In this document: positions 1 to 11,952 of the stretch, piece by piece
Position numbering within the stretch: position 1 is the first letter of the stretch
Layout of the letters: the number at the start of each line of letters is the position of its first letter
Origin: Scyliorhinus canicula
Lineage: Eukaryota
Assembly: GCF_902713615.1 (NCBI RefSeq)
Contig: NC_052149.1
Span: forward strand, 87,499,519 to 87,563,518
DNA length: 64,000 nucleotides
Direction: 5' to 3'
Program-made: the position numbers and the translations under genes
Notes under the pieces: model-generated
The model's input: the letters and a program-made list of their open reading frames with translations, nothing else
Told to the model about the DNA's origin: nothing
Database searches by the model: none

Positions 1-219
1 TCCATAAAGTTTCTAAAATTTATAACATCAATAAAATTATTAAAAATGATAAATATCTCTCTGTAAAGTTAATAAATACGATAAAATGAATATATTTATA
101 AAATCAAGTTAATAAAATCAATCAGGACAAAATAAATCTGCTGCAACCATGGCGATAGGATATTGTGACATCATTTAATCCCAATACATTTAATTTTACA
201 TGCTTCCCCTCTCCCCCTC

Positions 220-220
<1 letters not shown>

Positions 221-306
<86 letters not shown>
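221..306. repeat. Poly-C homopolymer (about 86 nt)
   Basis: Uninterrupted C run; source of the poly-Pro and poly-Gly ORFs. Confidence 0.95.
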
Positions 307-308
<2 letters not shown>

Positions 309-2214
309 AGAACCCCCCTTGGGGAGTTCTCACCCATGCTTTCAGTGGTTTGGGAGAATACACTTTGATTCGACAGCCAACAGTAACATTTCTTTCCTAG
401 GTAAAGTCTATGAAGGACCATCTGTCCCAGGGTCAGCTAACAGTTGGACAATATTTACAGCTTTGACACTCACCTGACAAGACAATAGTATCTTTACACA
501 GGGACTTCACAATTGACGGCCTACCTCTCAAAGGCACGCTTGTAATCTGGAGTCCGGCCCACGGCAAGTCTGCCTCTGATCACTCACTACTTCTGGGATC
601 ACCTGCCGCGACGCCTTTCCTAGCCCATTCCCCAAACCAAAAATTGAACAGTTAGTCAGACATTTCTAAAGGTCAGCTTCACGGAGCCGAGAATTCTCCC
701 ATCTCAGTGCACCTTCTGGACCGCTCTTTTGATTAACCACACTGGGCTTGTTGTCCTTCATTCTATTTGAGTTACAGCTTTACTAACATTTCCTCACGTA
801 CTTTTCACTTTTCTACTGCAAAAGGTATATTTTCTTATGTTTACTATTTTTATTGAAAAACTAGAATAGTGAAATTATTTCATATGAAATGAATTGTGTA
901 GTGCAGTGAGATTGTAATTTTAAATCAGTTCTGCACCTTCTGAAATGCCTTTTTCACAGCATGCAAATAGTTCTAAGGCACCCTTTCATATTGATGCACT
1001 GAATTAATGAGCCAAATATTTCCATCTTTTTTATTTACAGACTTATGTAATCAGGAAGGATTTGAGATTTAAAATAAGTGAAAAACAGGGGATGTAATTG
1101 CAACATTAAACTATAATTACTGGTATAAAACCATTTACAATCTATCAGGAATTCAATTTCTGTTTTCATTTTCTGATCCAGCTTGTAAAAATAGTTTTTA
1201 AATTGTGTTTTGGCAAAATTGACCACCGATCCAGACCAGAAAGTAAAGACAGGGAAAAAAATCCAAAGAGGTTTTCAACACAATTATGAGGCATTTTTTC
1301 TTATGCTCTCACTAATGACTGAGAAAGAAAAAGTTAACATAATACTTAGACTGTATAGTTTTAATCAAGAACTTTTGCTACTGCCAAGAATGCTGGGAGA
1401 GCCCCCATTTTCATAGTAATGTCCTGTGTGTGCACTTGTGCTCTCACTCTCCTTCTATACAACTTAAATACACTTTTTGGAATTATCAGCAGATTGCATT
1501 TTCATGTTGGAAGTCTTTGGATAGCTTGCAAAAATCTTAACTGAAACGGCAGTATCACTGGATTACCATGTGGGCCTCCTAGCCATTGAGCCAAGAGTGA
1601 CACATGAGGAGGTACTGCACTGGGCTTTATGAGGCGTATGAAGGAAAAAGGAGAGTTGGAAAACTCGATTACAAATCCTCAAAAATAAATGCATCAATTG
1701 GTTAATATGATTTTCCTGCAAAAGGTGTGGGTGTGCTGAATCAGATGGAAGTTACAGATCACTTGTGGTTTCAGACGTATTAATGAACCTGGACAATGCT
1801 AAGTTTGTGCAGCAGCTGCCTTCATTTAATTTGAAGTTTCTTGAATCTGTGTAATTCTGTTGGCCAACCTGTCAATGAAGTACTGCTTCTAGCAATTTAA
1901 GTTATCTGGCAGCCATGTGGCCCATTTATTAGAATGCTTCAAAACTAAGATCTGCCTAACAAATAACAATAAAGTTCCTCATTTGTACTGTGATCTAAAC
2001 AGTAGTATTCTTCCATATTGTTCTCTAATTCATCATTTTGAAATACAATTGACTCGAACATAGATGTATTTTCTCTTCAGGAGGACTGTAATAGCACATA
2101 TTTGGTGGGTTACTGACTTGTTAAAAAAAAAATCCAATACTTCCCAAGAACAATACGTGCATTTTTCTGAAATAAAAACAAAAAATGTTGGAAATAATCA
2201 GCAGCTAAGACAGT

Positions 2215-2935
2215 GGGCGAAATTCTCCCAAAACGGGAAAAATCGTCAAACCGCCGTAAAACCCGGGCGGGTTTTACGGCATCGCGCCCCTTCCCGACGG
2301 GGGACCGATTCTGGTCCCCCGTCGGGGCTAGCAGCCCGACGTCGGAGGCCCCGACAAGTCGGGCTTAACGAAAATCGTTAAACCCGCTTGTCGGACTTAG
2401 CGCCGGCTGACGCGTCATATGACGTCAGCCGCGCATGCGCAGGTGGGAAGACGCCACCCGCGCATGCGCGGGTGACGTCATCGCGTTTTTGCGCGAAACC
2501 CGCGCATGCGCGGTCCGGGTTGCCCCTCAGCCGCCCCGCGTATTGATACTGCGGGGCGGCGGAAGGACAAATAGTGCGCGGGCATCGGGCCCGCTGCCCG
2601 CGATCGGTGGGCACCGATCGCGGGCCCATGGCACCCTTGGCACGGCCGTGGTACTGCCGTGCCAATCGGTGCCATGGTTATTTTTTTCCAGGTGGTCACG
2701 ACGTTTTTACGAACGGCAGGACCAGGTGTGTTTGCCGTTCGTAAAAAGGTCGTAAAGGGCTGGGACTTCGGCCCTTCTAACAGCTGTGAATCGCTGCCGG
2801 CCGTAAAAAACGGCGGCAGCGATTCGTGTCGGGATTTCGGCGGGGGGGTGGGAGAATAGCGGGAGGGCGTCAAAAAAGTCGGGAAGGCCCTCCCGCTATT
2901 CTCCCACCCGTCGTGGGGGGCGGAGAATTTCGCCC
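2215..2935. mobile_element. PIF/Harbinger-type MITE, family A
   Basis: Perfect 14-bp TIR GGGCGAAATTCTCC/GGAGAATTTCGCCC, 3-bp TSD AGT, CpG-rich palindromic interior, no coding capacity. Confidence 0.88.
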
Positions 2936-3429
2936 AGTATCTGTGGAGAGAAAGAGGTCATATTTCAGATCTAATGTAAGGTCGTCGACATGAAATGTTT
3001 GGATGAGTCTTACGAGGGAAAGGGCTCGCTCCACCACCAGTCGAAAAATTGGTCGGCATTTTGCCAACTTTTAAAAGGGTAGTCCTCGAGCAGTAATATG
3101 ATGGGGGTAGCTAAAACAAGGTGAGAATGGGACTTCTCTCAGGGACAGGAAGTCTTGCCCTCAAGAACTGCTGGCCAATCTTATCTGAACTCAGTAGCGG
3201 CCTCAGATGGGACTAAAGGGGAGTCTGGAGGAGTCCTGGAAGTGGTCCTGGAAGTGTGAGGCCAATGCACGGAACTTATGAGGCACTTCTTTCAGGCCAA
3301 TGGTATCTTGGAGGAAGACTGGAAAAAAGTGATTCTCCCAACCTTGGTGGATGGAGAATATGCAGTGGTCAGGGCCACCAGGGCAGGCAATGAGGTCACC
3401 ATAAGCCAGGGCCTTGCATTTGGCTGCAC

Positions 3430-3790
3430 CTGAGAAAGACAATATGATGCAGCTAAACTGCATCAAGATCCCAAAGTAACGCCAATCCGTGTCACATTAC
3501 AGCTGAATGGACGCATTCTGGCGATGGAGATGACCATGGGAGTCTCCATCGTTGGCCAACAGACCTTTTGCTGACTTCGTACAGGGATCTTACCACTAGC
3601 CCTGTGAGACACCAAGGCCAGGTTGGCAATTACACGGTGAACCACTGAGCACTGTGGGGACCACTGTGACCTTAGTGACACCCGGGCAGCAAATGGTCAA
3701 GCTACCCTTAGTCTTGGTGCAAGGACCAGGACCCAATCTGCTGGGGCATAACTGGTTACGAGTCCTCCATTTAAATTGGTAGCAGATTTA
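3430..3790 (+). mobile_element. Degenerate Gypsy retropepsin fragment
   Basis: Conceptual translation PIRVTLQLNGRILAMEM...LPLVLVQGPGPNLLGHNWLRVLHLNW resembles the Gypsy protease GPSLLGRDWL motif. Confidence 0.6.
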
Positions 3791-4862
3791 CTCGCCAAAG
3801 TTGATGCAGAGCTGCAGTGCTCACCTTGCTACATTCTCACTGAAAGTATAACAATGGGTGGGACCTATTGCCCTTCCCCAAGACAGGTTTGGAGGCTGGG
3901 ACCCAACCGCCTTCCTTCCTCTGCACTTAATTAGACAAGGCAGAGGCAGGATGCCTTGTGGATATTCTTTGTGCCCCATCACTAACTGAGGGCCCTTCAA
4001 TGGACAATTAATGTCCACTTACAGCCCTCATCCCACTACCACTGGTATTCAACCAGCAGTATATGGGGCAGTCACCATGTGGGAAGCCCAAAAAGCCAAA
4101 TGTTCAAAGGCACTCTATAGCTGACTGAGGGACCCGGTATCTGCAAGAGCGGAGACTGCTGAGAAACACCCCTCTGCCTTTGCTGTCAAACCCCTCCCAA
4201 CCTCTCAAACCCCCACCTCGTACCCTCATTTCACCCTCACTCTCTTATGGCCTGGGTCCCTCAGCAGTGCTACGCCCCTTCCTGGATGCTACCACCACTT
4301 CCTTGGTATTGCTGCCTGCAATGGAAGTTGCTTGATAGTGATTGGCTGCCAGTTTTGGGGCACCAGAATTAACCTCTAGGGGGGGTCCTTAATCTGAGGA
4401 AGGACTGTGCTGGTCACTGCACTTAATACTGCAGTTTTTCCCAAAGGAAGCAATGCCGGACTCTTGCTGGCTCTCCATCCTGCAGACGAGATCACCATGT
4501 GACTAGCCTACATTTATCAGGCCTTATGCTCTATACACTTTAAGTTTTCTTCTTTTATCTTTAGGCTACCACATTCATTCAATCAGATGCCAAGGAAATG
4601 ATTGAATGTACTTTTTTTATACAGCTGCAGGGAATCAGTGGTCCAGATCCTACAGTGAATGTTTATTAGAACAACCACGGAAATGATTTATTGCAACACA
4701 AATATATCATAAAAGAGCAGAGACATACTTGATGTATGAAGTATGATTGTATATGAAATTTAATTGAAAGTAAATGAATGACGTGGCAAAATGGGAGCAT
4801 TGCAGATTAATGAAGCCTGGATCACAGGTTTTCTTTGCCTCATGTTGATTGCCATTGTGAAT

Positions 4863-5920
4863 CCTGTTTTCAACCTTTTTTCCCGGGACCCATTTTTACT
4901 AACCAGCTGACCGTCGGAACTCACGCCAGCCAACCTTCGCGATGCACCATTTTTGCTTACCTTTAATGTGGCAGGTGAGCCTGCTTGGTCCTCGCGATCT
5001 CACTTGCATTGTTATTCAATGTTACATTTCTGCTGCAGACTTCAGCTGATGATTTAAGTTCTCAGTGCATCCTTTGAAAAAAATCTAGAGGTTTGTCCTC
5101 AAATGCGCAATGCCTTCGAAGTTTTCAGAGTTTTAATCTCTCATTTGCCAGTACTTCCCTGCATATAACACACACGCTGGGATTCTCTGTCGGCGGGATC
5201 CTCTGTTTTGCCGGCAGCGCACCAATGCCCGGAGTTTCCCGACGGCGTGGGATGGCCATAATGGGAACCCCAGTGGCCAGTTGCCGGAACAGAGGATCCT
5301 GCTACTGGCGGTGGCAAGCCATGCCGGAAAACGGGGCTGATGGGACGGAGAATCCCACACATGGGCTTTGCAACCTGATTTGCATTGGCACAATTAACAA
5401 AGCCATACCTCAAGAAATCATATTAATACTGAATTGTTCCTGATTTCAGTTTTTTCTTTGTTGGCTGTACACCAGAGGCCTTGGAGCTGTGTACAGAGCG
5501 TACACTAGAACGGCTTTGTCCTGATGTGGACTCTCGTAAGCAGCTATCTCCAGCAGATTCAATTGTGAGATCCTAGTGTATTTGTGTCTCTGGCCCTCTC
5601 ATAACAAAACAATCCATGTTCAGTTCTTCACAGTCCTGTTGCCTTGTTTGCTCACAGCTACAAAATGGGGGAACCACTCCTCGATGATGTTGCGCCAAAA
5701 GTACGGAAGTACAGGGTGCGCAATGTCAGTGTACGTGCGAGCTGTGTGACCTGCTCTCTGCCATCACTTCTGGCCAGAAGACTGCATCGTCCCATTTAAA
5801 AGCTGGTCACGGCCGTTGAGATTTCTCCCACGATCGGGAACGCCACGACCGGTCACTCCGTGACCCGATGACACCCGCCGCAACCCACCCACGGATTGCA
5901 ACCCGCAGTTTGAAAAACCT
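4863..5920 (-). mobile_element. Internally deleted hAT (Charlie/Buster-like) transposon with transposase N-terminal relic
   Basis: Ends resemble hAT TIRs (ctgttttcaacct ... agtttgaaaaacc). Removing the nested MITE restores YDFLRYGF...KPMCVICREVLANE...KLRRH...DKPLDFFQR (with stops), a ZBED5/SCAND3-like BED region. Confidence 0.72.
5175..5358. mobile_element. Short Harbinger-type MITE nested in the hAT relic
   Basis: TIR gggattctctgtc/gacggagaatccc, TSD ACA; excision restores the hAT reading frame. Confidence 0.7.
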
Positions 5921-6024
5921 TATTGTACAGTGGAGTGATCAGACTAGATCCCATAAATGGCTAACGACAATAGTATGTGATATCATTGAAGAGCGTGACA
6001 TATACTCATGTGATGTGAAACTCT

Positions 6025-6925
6025 GGGCCAGTAGACCCTGCGAGACCCTGGGAGAGGTCTTTCCCAGGATTCCCGACGGCCATTATGCCTCGTGAGATCT
6101 AACCAGATCTCGCGAGACATTGTGATCTGTCTCCCGCCCATCAGTCTCGCAGAGTGAAGTCGGCTTAGATGCTGACTTACGTTTGCCTTCGTCCGATCGA
6201 ATGGCCATTCGGTATCTACCAGTCTCGCCAATGAGACCCCAGCCGGGTGCTATTCAGTACTGGTGGCCACAAACAGGTTATCGGCCTCTGGCCAGACTGG
6301 CACTCTAGCACTGCTGATGCCACCTGGGCGGCACTGCCAGGTTGACAGGTGCACTGCTGGTGTGCCAGACTGGGAGTGACAAGGTGCCAAGCTGGCATTG
6401 TGCCCACGCCGGGGGTCGGGCCCTGGGGTGCCCTGCCCTAATGTGCTGGGGTGCTTGGGGCCTAAGAACCCCCCCAACAGGTGAGGTGGGGGGGGGTCCA
6501 GGGGTTGCGTCAGGGGGTCGTGAGATTGGGGTGCCATGTAAAAATGGCGTCCCGATCCCTTCCTGCCCTAGGGAGCTCTGCCAATCAGAGCTCCCCAGTG
6601 TAGGAAATGCGGCAAAGTGCGGCTTCAGCAGGGCACTAAAACAAGACAGAAAATGGAAAAAAAAATGAAAATCGCTTATTATCACAAGTAGGCTTCAAAT
6701 TAAGTTACTGTGAAACGTCCCTAGTCGCCACATTCCAGCGCCTGTTCGGGGAGGCTGGTATGGGAATTGAACCGTGCTGCTGGCCTGCCTTGGTCTGCTT
6801 TCAAAGCCAGCGATTTAGCCCTGTGCTAAACTAGCCCCTAGTAGTATCATTAGATAGTGGGGTCGTTCCCGGCTTTTAATCCCTGCCAGAACAGTACTTT
6901 GTTTTATTTTGGTTAGATCGCACCC
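6025..6925. mobile_element. Harbinger-type MITE, family B, carrying a SINE insertion
   Basis: Right end ggttagatcgcaccc, TSD TCT; related in inverted orientation to 14751-15404. Confidence 0.6.
6650..6839 (-). mobile_element. Short tRNA-like SINE without V core (type d)
   Basis: GGTTCAATTCCC B box; tail GTGGCGACTAGGG...CCTACTTGTGATAATAAG; inverted close match to 16090-16286. Confidence 0.8.
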
Positions 6926-7096
6926 TCTGAGTCAGTCTAAAATTAAAGGAAAATGAAAGAAAGCCTGGTCAGCATTTTGTAAAAATGTTCTCCATAATCA
7001 GTAGATATGTTAAGGTAAATGTTAGAGTTTTTAGAGCTAGCAGTCTTTGGGAATCATTAAAACTTCTCCAACCCAACAACATAATTCCTCCTGAAG

Positions 7097-7236
7097 TTCT
7101 GGTGACTCCTACTTGTTCAATGGCTACATACCCCAGTATGTTCAAGTGATCTTTCCCAAACGGTCAGTTTTAATTTGTGAACCAACTCTGTCAATGTTGA
7201 CAGACTATCATAGTCAACACCAATCTTACCCTCACC
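7097..7236. repeat. 140-bp direct repeat, copy 1
   Basis: 9 mismatches and no indels versus 9044-9183 (manual alignment). Confidence 0.9.
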
Positions 7237-8009
7237 CAAAAATTCAATGAATAATACAGAGTTAAACCAATAACTGACTACAGGAATCAGTAGCTACTAA
7301 TCTGTCACATCATCAGCCAGTGGGCCCAAGACATGGTTAGAATAAAGTGGAATGACTGCTATACTAATATTTACTTGTAAAAATACACCACCAAGAAATT
7401 AAGAAATGACAAAGAAAGAAATTGGTGAACGAAAGGATGCTTTCTGAACATATATAAGGTTTCAGAATTCAGAACTGATGCACAGTCTGTGTTTTGTTGA
7501 AGAAAGGGAAAATTGAGTGAAGTAAAGAGTAGAGTTCATGATAGAGTTGACTGAGCATAATTTATGGAAGGGATAGACTTGATGGACAAATGGCACTTTC
7601 TAGTTCCATGTACTCTTATGTTGAAACTTGAATGTGTTTTAATTACTGATTAGGAGGGATAAGGCTCAAAATTTATATTCAGACTATTTTGCTTATTTCC
7701 ATACAATATTAATAGAAAATGAAAATCAGTACCTCTTAGACAAGTGTTATATGCCTTCTCCCAGAGCACAGATTCAGAGCACAAACCACTACAATCCCTT
7801 TTCCTGTTTGTATCATACATTATGTGAATCAGCATTTCTCTACGACACCTCCTCTGGTGAACAAAACAAGTTGATTTGTAAAGGGTCCAACTTAAAATAA
7901 CTACAACAGCAGATTTGGAGGTTTCATTCTTAACACAATGTTAAATTATTCCATACTTAGTCACCTAGGAGCTATATATGTCATCCACTGAAACACTGAT
8001 CCAAGATTA

Positions 8010-8359
8010 GGGGCAGCAGGGTAGCATGGTGGTTAGCATAAATGCTTCACAGCTCCAGGGTCCCAGGTTCGATTCCCGGCTGGGTCACTGTCTGTGTGGA
8101 GTCTGCACGTCCTCCCCCTGTGTGCGTGGGTTTCCTCCGGGTGCTCCGGTTTCCTCCCACAGTCCAAAGATGTGCGGATTAGGTGGATTGGCCATGCTAA
8201 ATTGCCCGTAGTGTCCTAATAAAAGTAAGGTTAAGGAGGGGGTTGTTGGGTTACGGGTATAGGGTGGATACGTGGGTTTGAGTAGGGTGATCATGGCTCG
8301 GCACAACATTGAGGGCCGAAGGGCCTGTTCTGTGCTGTACTGTTCTATCTATCTATCTA
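8010..8359 (+). mobile_element. HE1-like V-SINE with CR1-type 3' tail
   Basis: A box and B box (GGTTCGATTCC), V core GTGGGTTTCCTCCGGGTGCTCCGGTTTCCTCCCAC, tail GGGCCGAAGGGCCTGTTCTGTGCTGTA shared with CR1 ends in this window. Confidence 0.88.
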
Positions 8360-9043
8360 AGAGTCAAGTTAGCATACTTGATGGACACATATCTATAACA
8401 TTAAGGCGGCCTGTTAATGTACAGTTTTATTCAATGTATGAAAGGACATATCTCATACGACTAGTGAGATGCAAAAACCTCTGACAATGTACAGAGAGTT
8501 TTTCTGTGATCTTGTGAGCTTTATAAAAGCGAAACACAAGAGCTGAATTCTTTTAATTGATGAATCTGGGTTGTTTTAGTAACAGAAAACACTTGCTAGG
8601 ATTGGAGCAAAGTTAAGCCTGTTCAACTCACTGTAGCAAATCATCTTGACATCTATCTTATAACTAGCAGAATGAATGCTCTTGGCAATACTGTGTGAGA
8701 TATGTACTTCTTAAAACACAAGTGGAGAGGAAGATTAAAAACAGCAGGAGGAACGAACCTAACAAAGCAGAATTATTCTAATCTTCAATTTCAGATTCAG
8801 GAGTTCCTGCCAACACACTGTCACCATGCATAAATCAGCTCACATAACAACATAGTGTAAACACACTGTGCTCTCCAAAATCATTGATAATTCAGAATAC
8901 ATTCCATTACTGCTTTTTAAAATTAGAATTCTGGCAAATCAATTCTGCATTATTTAGTTTGTTACAGGTATATATTATGAACATTTTCACGTAGAATTGC
9001 CACCGTGAAGTCACAGAGAAAGCACTTCACTTCAGCCCCTGCT

Positions 9044-9183
9044 TTCTGGTGACTCCTACTCGTTCAATGGCTACATACTCCAGTATGTTCAAGTGGTCTT
9101 TCCCAAACGGTCAGTTTTCATTTGTGAATCAACTCTGTCAATGTCGACAGACTATCGTAGTCAAGCCCAATCTTACCCTCACC
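9044..9183. repeat. 140-bp direct repeat, copy 2
   Basis: Matches 7097-7236. Confidence 0.9.
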
Positions 9184-9555
9184 ACACAGCCAGACTGTCG
9201 AGTGGGGGCTCACTTAACCGAGATCATGCAAGCATCGAAATATTAATTCAGCCCCTTCTTACTTGTGCTAAATATGGCTTAATTTAAAAAGTTATGTTTT
9301 CCTGCCTTCTTCCAAAACATACCTTTTTTCTGCCTTCTTCTGAAATCTTTCCATATTATTTTTCTCCAAGTAATTATCCAGTATCTTTCGGATGATAGTA
9401 AGCACCCATCCCCACTTGTTACAAACCATTTCACAGTAACTATTTGTATGAAATATGTTTTTCTAATTTACTCTTTATATATGTATCTTTTCTCACCTTC
9501 ACTGCAAAAATCTAACTACATTTACTTTGTATATTCCTTTTAGCATTTCTTTGTT

Positions 9556-9774
9556 TAAAATAAATTTAGAGTATCCAATTCATTTTTCCAATTAAGGGGC
9601 AATTTAGCTTGACCAATCCAGCTACCCTGCACTTCTTTTGGGTTGTGGGGGTGAAACCCACACAAACATGGGGAGAACATGCAAACACCACACGAACAGT
9701 GGCCCTGAGCCGGGATTGAACCTGGACCTTGGCACCGTGAGGCTGCAGTGCTACTAACTGCGCCACTGTGCCCC
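9556..9774 (-). mobile_element. Short V-SINE with AT/A-rich tail
   Basis: tRNA-like head and shortened V core; same type as 26298-26520 and 44281-44440. Confidence 0.82.
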
Positions 9775-10961
9775 TTTAGCATTTCTAACACCTTTTGCAA
9801 TTCTTCCAAATTTCCCTTTGCCCTAGCCATACCGTGCAACTTAGATCATCCTGGTAAATCAACGCTGCACTTTTTCCAAGGTTATTATATTCTTTGTTAA
9901 TTCAATTCCTTTGGATATAAATTGCAAAATTCCATTTGCTTCTCCAAGGCAATTTTTTCTACCTATCCATTCATTTTTCAGGATTTATGTATCTTCACAC
10001 CTAGATCCCTTTGGTCCCACACCACAATGAGAAATGTAACATTTAAAGTATATTTTCCACTCTTTATTCTTGCTCACAAAATGCATTACCTGATCAACAG
10101 CAAACTCCACTTACTGTCTCGAGATACTGTAGCCAATTAGCACCCAGCTGCTGCTCAGCCTTAGAGCAGCTAACAGAAAGCTGAAGAACAAGCCTGAAGA
10201 ACTTATGGTCTCTATGGCTTAGTACCATATCATGTAGCCATTAGCAATTGACCCACTTGAGCAGCTGGCTAAAATCAATTTGAATCTGCTTGAGTTGACG
10301 TAACTAGTGGTTGTATTACAATAAGCCAGTTCAGAATGGAGCGCTACATCCTCAAATTGTGACCATATGTGTAAACAATCTCATGATCTGAAGGATATCC
10401 AACTATCCGTTGAACTTGAATGAGGTTACTGTGGTATGAAAGAGTACACTTTTATGAGATGGTATACCTTCATGAAGCAGCATGCTCCATTCTAAACTAA
10501 AATCATCATCACTGGGCTTCGGTAGAATTCAAATCAAAAACAATCAATAGCTTTTCCTTTTTTAAATTTCATTTTTAAAGATTGAATATATTATTTAATA
10601 AAATAACAGAGTTCAATTAATACTATGGACACTGGAAGGAATTACCAGAAGACAATGCATGCAAACATGCTCTCATAAATCCAGGTTTCAACGCATACCA
10701 AGACTGTTAAGGCAAGCAATCGATATTGGAACTCTGCACTTCCAATTGCTGTTATGTTCAACATACCAGTTGACAGTCTATGCCAACCAAACCCACACTG
10801 CAGTAAATGACAACCATTATGTCATGTAGCAGGTGATGTCAACTGAATTCACATTCTTTAAGATGGTTTGCTGTCCACAGCAGAGTCTGAATTTACTGCA
10901 CTGGATGGTAGTCTATGCTAATTAGTCCAGCATTCACTAATCTGACCAGTTTTTAAAAAAA

Positions 10962-11360
10962 ATACTCATGGGATGTGGATGCCACTGCTACGTATTGCCC
11001 ATCCCTACTTGTTTTTCAGAAAGTGGTCATAAGCCGCCTTCTTGAAAATTGAGTGGCTTACTAAGCCATGTCAGAGGGCATTTAACAGTCAACCACATTG
11101 TTTTGGATCTGGAATCACAGATAGACCAGTCCAGATGAGGGCGGCAGTTATTTTCCCTAAAAGATATCAGTGAACTTAATAAGTTTTTTTATGACAATCT
11201 GGTAGTTATATGGCCACCATTACCGACATGAGCATTTAATTCTAAATGTATTTAATTAAATGAATTTAAATTCCCCAACTGCAATGGTGGGATTTGAACT
11301 TATGTTCCCAGGTCTCTGGATTGCTAGTCCCATAACATAACCACCATGTCACCATTCCTG
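10962..11360 (-). mobile_element. Older tRNA-derived SINE whose tail matches the LINE end at 36785
   Basis: B box-like GTTCAAATCCC on minus; terminal CATGGGATGTGG...ATTGCCCATCCCTA also seen at 36790-36850. Confidence 0.65.
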
Positions 11361-11841
11361 ATAACTGATTATGACACCTGACTATGGCACATTCACTGTG
11401 CTGAATGGCAATCTAATCACTTGAGACTGCATTTATTTCTACATTTGTCATTAAATGGGAGCTTTACTAGCAAGAGCTTATCGCTAATTGCCCTTGAGAA
11501 GTTAGCAAACTGCCTTTTTGAATCACTGCGATCCATGTGGTGTAGGTACACCCACAGTGCTGTTAGGAAAGGAGTTCCAGGATTTGACTCAGCAACAGAG
11601 AAGCAACAGGTTATAGTTCCAAGCCACAATTCCAAGTGTGGCTTGGAATTCCTAACCACTAATCTTTATCATTCTTTTCAACAGTGCCAATGTGCAGTAC
11701 ACTTGGCCATCATCATCAAGCATTCTCAAATGAAATAATAGAGGTTAAAAAAAGCATTTAGTTTTTGTAAAATCAATTAATGTTTGGAAATGTCATCGTT
11801 ATCCAGTACATGACACATTGACCTATCTGGTTATTTCTTAC

Positions 11842-11952
11842 CTTCTTACGCACCTGTTGTTGTTTGGCAGAGTGTGCTTTGACATGCTTCCTCAGTGAGC
11901 TTGGATCAGTGTAGCGCTTTGTGCACCCTGGAATCTGACAAGCATATGGTTT
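11842..11952 (-). CDS. GLIS1: GLIS-family coding exon (ZF5 plus basic tail), 111 bp, phase 0/0; absent from ORF track
   Basis: Translates [37 protein letters not shown]. Polypyrimidine tract and ctttacag|AAA acceptor; AAG|gtaaga donor. Joins in frame to HLDT of the 23860-24021 exon. HSAKxQQVRKK matches GLIS1 (GLIS3 has HSSKEQQARKK). Confidence 0.92.

Noticed and set aside
122-421. Poly-Pro and poly-Gly ORFs (also near 36000, 41800 and 45400)
   Set aside because: Translations of C/G homopolymers, with no domain or splice support.
2064-3067. Overlapping ORFs with repeated RACA/AHAR peptides (also 21094-22580, 35377-36552, 41578-42353)
   Set aside because: Products of stop-poor, GC-rich palindromic MITE DNA, open on both strands.
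8010-8090. SINE heads as functional tRNA genes
   Set aside because: A and B boxes run directly into SINE cores and no full cloverleaf forms.
1-11841. GLIS exon downstream of ZF5
   Set aside because: Candidates near 470-640 and 10640-10760 have stops or look L1-derived; a divergent exon could have been missed by eye.
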